From Candidatus Woesearchaeota archaeon (GTDB taxonomy: Archaea > Nanobdellota > Nanobdellia > Woesearchaeales > UBA10216), in contig JAGVYT010000013.1 in assembly GCA_018303115.1 (NCBI GenBank), forward strand, positions 1 to 42,812: a stretch of 42,812 nt of DNA, in the 5' to 3' direction. Positions 35,396 to 42,812 of the stretch are shown piece by piece. The notes under the pieces were generated by a model. That model had not been told where the DNA came from. It worked only from the letters and a program-made list of their open reading frames with translations, and ran no database searches. The translations under genes and the position numbers were made by a program. Each line of letters opens with the position of its first letter. The first letter of the stretch is position 1.

Positions 35396-36691
35396 ATGAA
35401 GCGTAACAACAGGCTCGAGTTTCTGAGAAAAAGGGTTTTGAATAAGGAAATAGGCAGCAGAAAAAAGCATAGCAAACCAATAGAGCTCATAGTAAAAACA
35501 GAATTCAAAAAGCGTGACTGGCTTGCAAAAGAGCTTGGCAGGGTTGGAAAAGTAACCCGTGTTTTTAGCGCCATACCTTATCTCAGCTTTTTGTGCGACG
35601 CTGCAGACGCTTATGACCTGAATCAGGTGTTTCGAAGATTGGCTGACGACAGGGCTTACAAGTCTATTGCAGCCGCTATTTCGGTAATTGATGTTTCTAA
35701 CACGTTTAGCATCCCAAGCATCACTAAGAATGCTAACAGAGGTAAAAGCAGTGAATTGTGGAATCTTGGTGATATTGGCGCTTATGAGGCGCAGAGGATT
35801 GCTCTGGGAGAAGGGGTAAAAGTAGCAATAATAGACACTGGCGTTGATTATAACCATCCTGAAGTCAGCGGCAGCTTTGGAAGCGTCAGGGGCTATGATT
35901 TTGTCCGCAATGTTTCCGACCCTATGGATTTTAACGGGCACGGAACCCATGTTGCTGGAATAGCCCTTGGAAGGAATTACGGTATAGCCCGGGCTTCAGT
36001 AGTTTACGCTGTGAGGGTTCTTGATGAGGCTGGCATGGGAAGCGAGGCGGACACCATTGCCGGAATGGACTGGGCAGATAAACAAGATGCAGACGTGGTT
36101 AACCTAAGCTTGGGAAGCCCTTATGCCTCGGCAGCCCTGGAGGACATGTGCTATTACCTTGCAAACAAAGGCACTCTGATAGTCGCAGCTGCCGGCAATT
36201 CTGGTTTTGGGCCAAACTATCCTGCTGCTTTTGGGGAGCCGGTGATAGCGGTAGCGGCCGTGGATGAGCAAAACAGGCATGCTGGCTTCAGCAACGTTTA
36301 CGAGACAAATGACATTTCAGCCCCGGGGGTTGATATAGTATCCTCCTACAACGGGGGGTATGCCAGTCTGTCAGGCACTTCCATGGCAGCACCGCATGTT
36401 ACCGGAAGCCTTGCCCTGGTTCTTTCTGCGCTTAAAAGCAACCGTGACTTAGGGGCTCTCATGGAGGATACAGCGCAAAATCTGGAAGAGGGGAGCTTTC
36501 CTGAGAGGGATGTTTATGGTGCGGGACTGTTAAGGGTTGACTTGATGGCAAAAGCGGTTGTTGAAAACCGGATGAAAAGCCCGTTTCATAGCTATGGAAG
36601 GAAAGTGGTGAACGTCTTGAAAGGGGAAGTGGTGAACGTCTTGAAAGGGGAAGTGGTGAACGTCTTGAAAGAGGTGCTTTGGGGTGAATGA
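35396..36691 (+). CDS. S8 subtilisin-like serine protease, no signal peptide
   Basis: IIDTG, HGTHVAG, AAGN, GTSMAAPH. Confidence 0.95.
   Translation: MKRNNRLEFLRKRVLNKEIGSRKKHSKPIELIVKTEFKKRDWLAKELGRVGKVTRVFSAIPYLSFLCDAADAYDLNQVFRRLADDRAYKSIAAAISVIDVSNTFSIPSITKNANRGKSSELWNLGDIGAYEAQRIALGEGVKVAIIDTGVDYNHPEVSGSFGSVRGYDFVRNVSDPMDFNGHGTHVAGIALGRNYGIARASVVYAVRVLDEAGMGSEADTIAGMDWADKQDADVVNLSLGSPYASAALEDMCYYLANKGTLIVAAAGNSGFGPNYPAAFGEPVIAVAAVDEQNRHAGFSNVYETNDISAPGVDIVSSYNGGYASLSGTSMAAPHVTGSLALVLSALKSNRDLGALMEDTAQNLEEGSFPERDVYGAGLLRVDLMAKAVVENRMKSPFHSYGRKVVNVLKGEVVNVLKGEVVNVLKEVLWGE
36603..36674 (+). repeat. 24-bp tandem repeat x3, in frame
   Basis: AAGTGGTGAACGTCTTGAAAGGGG x3 encoding (VVNVLKGE). 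Confidence 0.95.
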
Positions 36692-36953
36692 CTACGAAAT
36701 AGGGAACCTCTACATCATAAGGGTTATGGAAGATGACGTGTTGCTCAGGGCAGATAAGTTAGTAGAGCTTGAAGAGACGTTAAATAAGGATGCAAGGGCA
36801 AGGCTTGAGCACATAATAGGGCCTATATCCGCAGCTATAGCTTTTTTGTACGACCAGCAGCTGGTGAATGAGCTGGAAAAGAGGGGCTATGAGCTGATAC
36901 CCCAGCAAAGGACGAAGATGATTGAATGGGAAAGGGACAAAAAAGCGGGGTGA
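36684..36953 (+). CDS. hypothetical protein coupled to the protease gene
   Basis: 89 aa, overlaps the protease stop, SD GGGGTGA. Confidence 0.7.
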   Translation: MNDYEIGNLYIIRVMEDDVLLRADKLVELEETLNKDARARLEHIIGPISAAIAFLYDQQLVNELEKRGYELIPQQRTKMIEWERDKKAG

Positions 36954-36967
36954 ACTTTTGATTTATA

Positions 36968-38197
36968 CTATAGCTTAACATTCAGTATCTTTTCAACATC
37001 ATCTTTCAGTCTTTTTTCAAAGGTTGCTGTTGTTTCCCCCTCGCCTTTCTCATTGTTTAAAGCAGCCATGAGCTTTTTTGTGAGTTCAAATTCCGATTCA
37101 GGGCTTAAGTTGTCAACTTTTATTTTTGAAAGGTGCTCCCTTATTATGGCGTCCTCAGTGTCTTCAACAGATTCTGTGCTGATTTTAACTTCCTCAAACT
37201 CGGAGCTTGTTAGTGCAGAGGTATTTTTCATGACAAAATGGGCGCTTTTGTCGTATATTGCGTCAAAAATAGGCTTAAAGCCGATTTCAGAAGGCTTGCC
37301 GATTCTTAACTTTCCGGAAAGGCGTATGGTAACAATTGTGTTGTTGAACTCCTTGTTGGCTATTTGCTCTTTTATTGCTGATTCAACTTCTGCTACGGAT
37401 TTGCGGTTGCAGTCTGCAGAAATGCTGAAAACATTATGAATCATAACCCTCTCAAACAAAACTTCTAAATCAGCAGCTTTTTTTTCAACAATGTAAAAAC
37501 CGCCGCAGCCTAGCTTTTCAATCTCACGGAAGTTGTTGGGAAACAAAGGGCCTGTATTGGCTATGGTTCCGTAACCAGGTTGCTGCTTGACATAAGGCTC
37601 ATGGACATGCCCGCCTGCATAATAGCTGAAATTTTTCGGGAAAGCTGACAGGGGGGTTGAATCCATTTTTTCCAAACCTTGTGGTTTGAACTCTGAAACA
37701 GCTGTATGGAACATGAAAATCTTGAAGCCTTCCTCTGCTTCCAGGTTTTCCTTAATCAGGCTGTCAAAATATTTTCTCTCAAGCATTCCTTTCCTTCCTA
37801 TAATGCCTGTAATTTTTGCCCCTGTTTTTTCATCGGCAGTGAAGCGCAATTGAAGTTTGTTGTCAACAACGCTCCCTTTCATCACGTTGGTCAGAAGCCC
37901 TGCATTTTCAAGGACGTCCAGAATTGTCTTTCCTGTGGGGGAAAAGTCATGGCTTCCGGCAATCGCGTAAACAGGGATTCCCCTGTCATTTGTTTCCTTG
38001 AGCTTCTTGACAACGTCCTTCAGGTTGTCTATGGAAGGGAGTGATGTGTTAAAGAAATCGCCGCTTATAAGGATGAAATCCGCATTTTTTTCAAAGCACA
38101 TATCAGCCGATTTCAGGAAGGCTTCAGTGCTTGCATTAGCCAGCCTCGGGTCTCTCCAAGAGCCTATGTGCACATCAGCAAAATGGGCGAACTTCAT
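36968..38197 (-). CDS. mre11: DNA double-strand break repair nuclease Mre11
   Basis: ADVHIG, SGDFF, GSHD, FMFH, GGHVH metallophosphoesterase motifs; near herA. Confidence 0.9.
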   Translation of the reverse strand: MKFAHFADVHIGSWRDPRLANASTEAFLKSADMCFEKNADFILISGDFFNTSLPSIDNLKDVVKKLKETNDRGIPVYAIAGSHDFSPTGKTILDVLENAGLLTNVMKGSVVDNKLQLRFTADEKTGAKITGIIGRKGMLERKYFDSLIKENLEAEEGFKIFMFHTAVSEFKPQGLEKMDSTPLSAFPKNFSYYAGGHVHEPYVKQQPGYGTIANTGPLFPNNFREIEKLGCGGFYIVEKKAADLEVLFERVMIHNVFSISADCNRKSVAEVESAIKEQIANKEFNNTIVTIRLSGKLRIGKPSEIGFKPIFDAIYDKSAHFVMKNTSALTSSEFEEVKISTESVEDTEDAIIREHLSKIKVDNLSPESEFELTKKLMAALNNEKGEGETTATFEKRLKDDVEKILNVKL

Positions 38198-38250
38198 GCT
38201 GGAAAGGGGATTCCGGGCAGTATAAAATTGTTTTCAAGGCAATGCCATAA

Positions 38251-40833
38251 TCAGGCCAAGGTAGCTTTAGAATGTATCCCCCAAATGGTTGGATCATAAG
38301 ATGCAGAATCCAACGCATAAACAACATTAGCCGGGTCCTGAAAGGCTGCTTTAAACTTGTCCGGCATACCAGAGAAATCAAGTGTAATTTGAGCGCCTTC
38401 AATTCCTCTAAACTTGCCTGTAGCCCTTAAATAAGGATGATATACGCCTGTAACACCGCCTTCCTCAAGCTGCCTGATAAAATCGGGATTTGAAAGGTGA
38501 TAAATAATAACACTGCCTTTATCAAAGGGCGGCATCCCCAGATTCTTTCTTCTGACAGCTCTTTCATATACTGATGATGCAAGATATTCGTCTATTATAA
38601 GTCTCCAGTCGGAATCCCTTTGTTGGCTTGGCTGCAGTAATTCTGCCATAAGTTCGCTGTCAATAATCTTCCAAGCATACAATCGCCCTAATTCAGTCGC
38701 TTTCGACCTTTGCAAAAGGCCTTTTTCTTCCAAATATTCAACAATGGGCTCCAGTTCTGAAGAAACACAGCCTATTGAAAATTGTTTTCCTCTCACACCT
38801 TTAGCGAAGTCCATAAGTGAATTTGCAACTATTCTGTGGTCTGCCCCGGCAAGGATTGCCAGACTAAGCAAATGTTTAACAACGTCTTCAGAAACGCCAA
38901 GTTCTCTTGCTGCGCTACCATAGGAAACTGTTTCAATATAACTCTCTTCAGCAACTGCTGGCGTTTCACCAACTAAATCAGAAATTTCTTCACCACCCAA
39001 ATCAACATCAGGAGGGAATTCCTCATCCGCTATAGAAGCAGAAAAATCGTCCGGGTATATTTTACCATCCGGCTCTACCGGAGCAGCATCATCCTCACGA
39101 AGAACATCTTCCACTGTAGGCAGTGTTTTATGTTTGGCGCCTGCAGGTCTGCTACTTGGTTTAGAAGCCTTTGGTAATTTTCTCTTACCTTGCAGCATAA
39201 TTTCTAAAATGTCTTCTAAATGCTCAACAGAGTAAACAAAAAAGTTAGAGCCGGGAATCTTCTGAACATAACCCGAGCCAATAAGCTCTGGCAGCCGCCT
39301 AGAGAATCTCGCTTTATATCGTAGTATGGAGTTAAAAGCGGGATTACGCTCCGCAAGAGCCTCCTGAAACTCAGATGAAACTATAACTTTTCTGCCGTTC
39401 ATCAAATCCTCAAAACCGGATGTAGTCTTAATAGCGCCATCGTTGACTATAATCAAACTAGACTTGACCAAAGAGGAATATGCACTAGGAGGCAAACCAT
39501 ACTCAGCCATAAAAGAGGCCTTAACAGCGCCTGCTCGGAGTCTTGGAGGTGCTGGCTTGATAGCTGATTTAATAGTTGCAGGAGAAGAGTGCTGTCCTCT
39601 TGAAAGAATCCTTAAAATATCTTCCAAGTGATTGGGAGAATACAGAAAATGAGATGTGTTTCCAATTCTCATGATATGACCTGAAGCTTCAAGAGCATGG
39701 CGTCTATTTGTAAATCTAGTTCTATATGCAGAACTATTTGGGTTTAAACTTGGTTCAATTCTATGAAGAAGTTCACGAAGCTCAGCATGATTCAAAAATC
39801 TCCTCCCTTCCATTAAGCTATCAAAAGCAGGCGTTGTTCTTATTCCGGCAGATGTAACTGCTATCAACTTCGTACAAAGGAAATGTTTATAGGCTCCGGA
39901 AGGCATTCCGTATTTCTTAGTAAATTCAGCTTTAAGCTCAGTAAAGGTAAAGGCATGGCCTCTACGAAGTTGCGGAAATGTTATAGTGTCTGCAGTTATA
40001 ATATCTGCAATACTTTGAAATTTTAAAGGGTTGGAAAAATAAACATTCTGATTGCTTCCTGGAAACCCAAACTCATAAATCAGCCCTTTAGATGTCAGAA
40101 TTGTCAGTCTTTTTCTCCAATGCTGATGAAAATTTACAGATGTAAGCTTTTTACCTTTCCCATTTAGAAATGTTCTTATAGCCAAGGGATGGAGAACCTC
40201 TTTATCCCTGATTCTATTCCAAAAATCTTGGGGTAACAGCAATTCACCGTCATCCCTTGTTCGAATTACTCCCAAATTTACCAGCGTTTCTAAGGCAGCA
40301 CTACTGATTTTTTTCTCTTCTGCAAACTGCTCTCTCGGCAAAACTACCGGCTCTGCCCAGTCGAAAAGATATGCTGATAAAGTTGGAAGAGGCTGCTTCG
40401 TGGAAGGCTCTAATTTCATGATTTCCAAAAAACGGCTCCAGCTCGCATTATCAGTTCTATACAAAGAAAACCAATTTTTTGAATTTTTGCTGCCTATATG
40501 CATAAACAGTCCAGCTTCCTCAAGCAAACCTGTTTTTATGCTAAAGAAGGCATCAAAGGTGAGTCGGCCAGATTCATAACAAACTGCTGCAAATTCTGTT
40601 GGATGAAAAACAGCCCTGCCTTCAATTAACTTATCAAAAGCAGAAGAATCTGTAACTTTGCCATCTTCCCCTCTAACCAATTGATTTTCAAGAAGAATCC
40701 TATATTGACGGGTATTCAAATTGTGTTTAATAAGAAACTCCAATACAGAAAGGGGAGAGGTTCCAGCAGGAGCAGCAGCTTCTTGCAGACCGACAGGTTC
40801 CCCAACGAGAGAATCTATATTGTCAGCCGACAT
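38251..40833 (-). CDS. large AT-rich protein with four ~115-aa repeats and an HTH-like segment
   Basis: Long ORF; repeated F..YG.P..AY..LI..G.I.TT..F..LM.GR..L..SG..I..F.YS..HLEDIL.I; ATG at 40833 preferred. Confidence 0.8.
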   Translation of the reverse strand: MSADNIDSLVGEPVGLQEAAAPAGTSPLSVLEFLIKHNLNTRQYRILLENQLVRGEDGKVTDSSAFDKLIEGRAVFHPTEFAAVCYESGRLTFDAFFSIKTGLLEEAGLFMHIGSKNSKNWFSLYRTDNASWSRFLEIMKLEPSTKQPLPTLSAYLFDWAEPVVLPREQFAEEKKISSAALETLVNLGVIRTRDDGELLLPQDFWNRIRDKEVLHPLAIRTFLNGKGKKLTSVNFHQHWRKRLTILTSKGLIYEFGFPGSNQNVYFSNPLKFQSIADIITADTITFPQLRRGHAFTFTELKAEFTKKYGMPSGAYKHFLCTKLIAVTSAGIRTTPAFDSLMEGRRFLNHAELRELLHRIEPSLNPNSSAYRTRFTNRRHALEASGHIMRIGNTSHFLYSPNHLEDILRILSRGQHSSPATIKSAIKPAPPRLRAGAVKASFMAEYGLPPSAYSSLVKSSLIIVNDGAIKTTSGFEDLMNGRKVIVSSEFQEALAERNPAFNSILRYKARFSRRLPELIGSGYVQKIPGSNFFVYSVEHLEDILEIMLQGKRKLPKASKPSSRPAGAKHKTLPTVEDVLREDDAAPVEPDGKIYPDDFSASIADEEFPPDVDLGGEEISDLVGETPAVAEESYIETVSYGSAARELGVSEDVVKHLLSLAILAGADHRIVANSLMDFAKGVRGKQFSIGCVSSELEPIVEYLEEKGLLQRSKATELGRLYAWKIIDSELMAELLQPSQQRDSDWRLIIDEYLASSVYERAVRRKNLGMPPFDKGSVIIYHLSNPDFIRQLEEGGVTGVYHPYLRATGKFRGIEGAQITLDFSGMPDKFKAAFQDPANVVYALDSASYDPTIWGIHSKATLA

Positions 40834-40983
40834 TATTAGCACGCTAATCAAGCCCAGTATAAAACTTTTATCTATATGTGGTCAACTTCCCAATAATCAA
40901 GTTGAGTTCAGCATCAACAACAGATGTAATCCCGAAAAGTTCCGCTATTTACCCAACTTGATATAACAACTTGGCTTTACACA

Positions 40984-42513
40984 CTAATGCAGCCCTGCAA
41001 ATTCTGTCTTGTATTCAGTCTTTGGCTGTTTCTCAAGCAAATCCTCATACAATGGAACTTTAACAGGAACAGCAAACTTAGAGAATGTGCTTGTTACTAT
41101 TGCCTCGCCTATGTCCAGGGAGGCTATTGCGCGGTCGTCCTGACTTAAGTCCTGTGAAGCTGATTCTATGACTGCTTTTCTCTCAGGGGCCGTTTCAAGT
41201 CCTAAAATTATTTTTGTGCTGATGTTTGCAAGTACCTGCCTTGGCATTAGAGAGGGAAGCTGGGTTATCGCAGTTAAACCAAGCCTGAATTTGCGGCCTT
41301 CTCTTGCGATTCTGGAAAAAATGTTCGGGCCCTGCTCAAGCGCATCCTTCCCAAGAACGCTGGGCGCTTCCTCCAGAACAACAGAGAGAACAGGCTTGTC
41401 TTTGAGCTCGCCTGTCGTTTTGTAGTTCTGGTATCTGTTAAAAAGTTCGGAAGCGACTATGCTTCCCACCAGTATTTCAACCTGGCTGCTTAAGCTGGAA
41501 GTGTCTATTATGACTGCCTTTGATTTTTCCATGTCATCTGCAATGTCGGAAACAGTTGAAATCCCTGATTGGATGTCAAAAATGCCTTTTGAGTAAATCT
41601 CACTGCCAGATATTTCCAGATTAAGAAGCTGCAGCAGCCTTCTTTTGACGACAAGTATGGTTGCCTCATGGAAAAACCCTTCCAGAATTTCATCTTCTTC
41701 AAGAAGAATTGCCGTTATCCATTTAGAGCCGTATTTGCGGTAGTAGGCGTACAGCGCTTCCTTCTGCGGCTCAGACCAGAATACAACACCGTTGAAGTGG
41801 GCAGGTTGTATCTTGCTTATGTTGATTGCGAGGGTTCTTGCTCCGGTAGGGGGAGTGTTTGGGGTGTAGTAAACAACCTTGTCTGAGCAGTCTTTTAGCC
41901 CTGCCTTGTTTCTTCCATAGTATTCATCATGCGGGTCAAGAATAAGAAAACCTGCATATTCCCCTTGTAAAGCGCTGTGGATAATGCATGACATTAAATT
42001 GGATTTCCCTCTCCCTGTTTGCGCAGCTATAAGAACGTGGTGCGAGAACATATCCTCGCCGTTAAGATAGACTTCTGCATCAGCCGCCTTGCTTCCTGTG
42101 CGGAGGTTTCCGATAAACAGGGGGTTTTCAGGCTTTTCAAGAAAGTCATTGCAGGAAGCGTCTAGTTCTTCAACGCTTGAAAAGAAATCCGGCAGGGTTT
42201 TGCACACCCTTAAAGTGCCGTGTTTTAGCAGAAGCAATGGCTTCAGAAACGCCAGAGTGTAGTTGCGAAGTTCTGCGTCCATCAGTTCCAGGTCGTTATC
42301 GCTTTCAAGCTTCATTCCGGAAATCATCTCAAGGTTTTGCTGCGAGAGCTGGGAGCCGTAAACAAGGTCAAACACCTGAAGCAGAACCTTGCCCTGGCTG
42401 GTCTGGGCAGTCAGCAGCTGGCCTATTTCGAGTTTGGCATCGGATTTCTGCCTTACAACAATGCTGTCGAAAGATCCGGAAATGACCTGCCCTGTTGTCT
42501 TCGCCACATACAA
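40984..42513 (-). CDS. herA: HerA bipolar helicase/ATPase
   Basis: HAS-barrel N-terminus, [34 protein letters not shown]. Confidence 0.93.
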   Translation of the reverse strand: MYVAKTTGQVISGSFDSIVVRQKSDAKLEIGQLLTAQTSQGKVLLQVFDLVYGSQLSQQNLEMISGMKLESDNDLELMDAELRNYTLAFLKPLLLLKHGTLRVCKTLPDFFSSVEELDASCNDFLEKPENPLFIGNLRTGSKAADAEVYLNGEDMFSHHVLIAAQTGRGKSNLMSCIIHSALQGEYAGFLILDPHDEYYGRNKAGLKDCSDKVVYYTPNTPPTGARTLAINISKIQPAHFNGVVFWSEPQKEALYAYYRKYGSKWITAILLEEDEILEGFFHEATILVVKRRLLQLLNLEISGSEIYSKGIFDIQSGISTVSDIADDMEKSKAVIIDTSSLSSQVEILVGSIVASELFNRYQNYKTTGELKDKPVLSVVLEEAPSVLGKDALEQGPNIFSRIAREGRKFRLGLTAITQLPSLMPRQVLANISTKIILGLETAPERKAVIESASQDLSQDDRAIASLDIGEAIVTSTFSKFAVPVKVPLYEDLLEKQPKTEYKTEFAGLH

Positions 42514-42553
42514 ATGGTTTTCCGGTTGGTATTTATTGTTTTTGCAACTGCTG

Positions 42554-42711
42554 GGCGTTGCCCCGAATCCTGTTCGTGTAGCTATTGCATGCCCTCAAAC
42601 CTGTTCTCCAAAACTTCTATGACCACTCTATGGCTCACATACGGCAGAGCAGGAGGGAGGAAGTAAAGAGGAAGCGATAAACATTCGAGAAAGCTCTTTT
42701 AGGACAACGCC
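42554..42711. mobile_element. MITE E (158 bp)
   Basis: TIR GGCGTTGCCCCGAA / TTAGGACAACGCC; 8/9 TSD CAACTGCTG / GAACTGCTG. Confidence 0.85.
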
Positions 42712-42748
42712 GAACTGCTGCTAAAATTTATAAACTCGCCGTAACAGC

Positions 42749-42812
42749 ATGGCGAAGCGTGGTGGACATAGAGGCGATAGCCGACCAGGAAAGGACAAGC
42801 ATAAGCTATGCT
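42749..42812 (+). CDS. possible gene start truncated by the window edge
   Basis: TTTATAAA at 42727 then MAKRGGHRGDSRPGKDKHKLC, open to the edge. Confidence 0.3.
   Translation, partial: MAKRGGHRGDSRPGKDKHKLC

Noticed and set aside
36603-36674. CRISPR array
   Set aside because: Repeats are head-to-tail without spacers and in frame within a CDS
42514-42812. nurA 3' end upstream of herA
   Set aside because: Region is occupied by MITE E and a TATA box; the ORF track shows no minus-strand ORF here

Overview
Archaeal genomic DNA: RFC small subunit, Rpp30, GatB, HerA/Mre11, PRC-barrel protein, TATA-box promoters and GGAGGTGA-type ribosome binding sites. A DPANN/Woesearchaeota-like origin is inferred, not shown. 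From left to right: a solo Cas4-like nuclease (no CRISPR array), mscS, a GDT1 transporter, a bacterial-type oxidative pentose phosphate operon (zwf-gnd-pgl), a ~13.5 kb copper/thiol-redox island (copA, DUF302, PadR-TRASH, DUF411, DsbA, CuA cupredoxin, DoxX and about 12 uncharacterised Cys/His-rich proteins), rfcS, a coiled-coil protein, a cluster of surface/lipoproteins, rnp3, a ttuA-like gene, gatB, an S8 protease, mre11, an 866-aa repeat protein and herA. Main finds outside the ORF track: (1) five non-autonomous IS903-like MITEs with 9-bp target duplications, one a chimera of two subfamilies and one apparently splitting a gene; (2) a REP-like TCAGAA..TTCTGA double hairpin present twice; (3) three divergent CcmH-like Cys proteins and a shared C-terminal GMVGGC tail in the metal island; (4) three unannotated small ORFs; (5) a frameshifted cupredoxin signal peptide. 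All calls are by eye; no database search was run.
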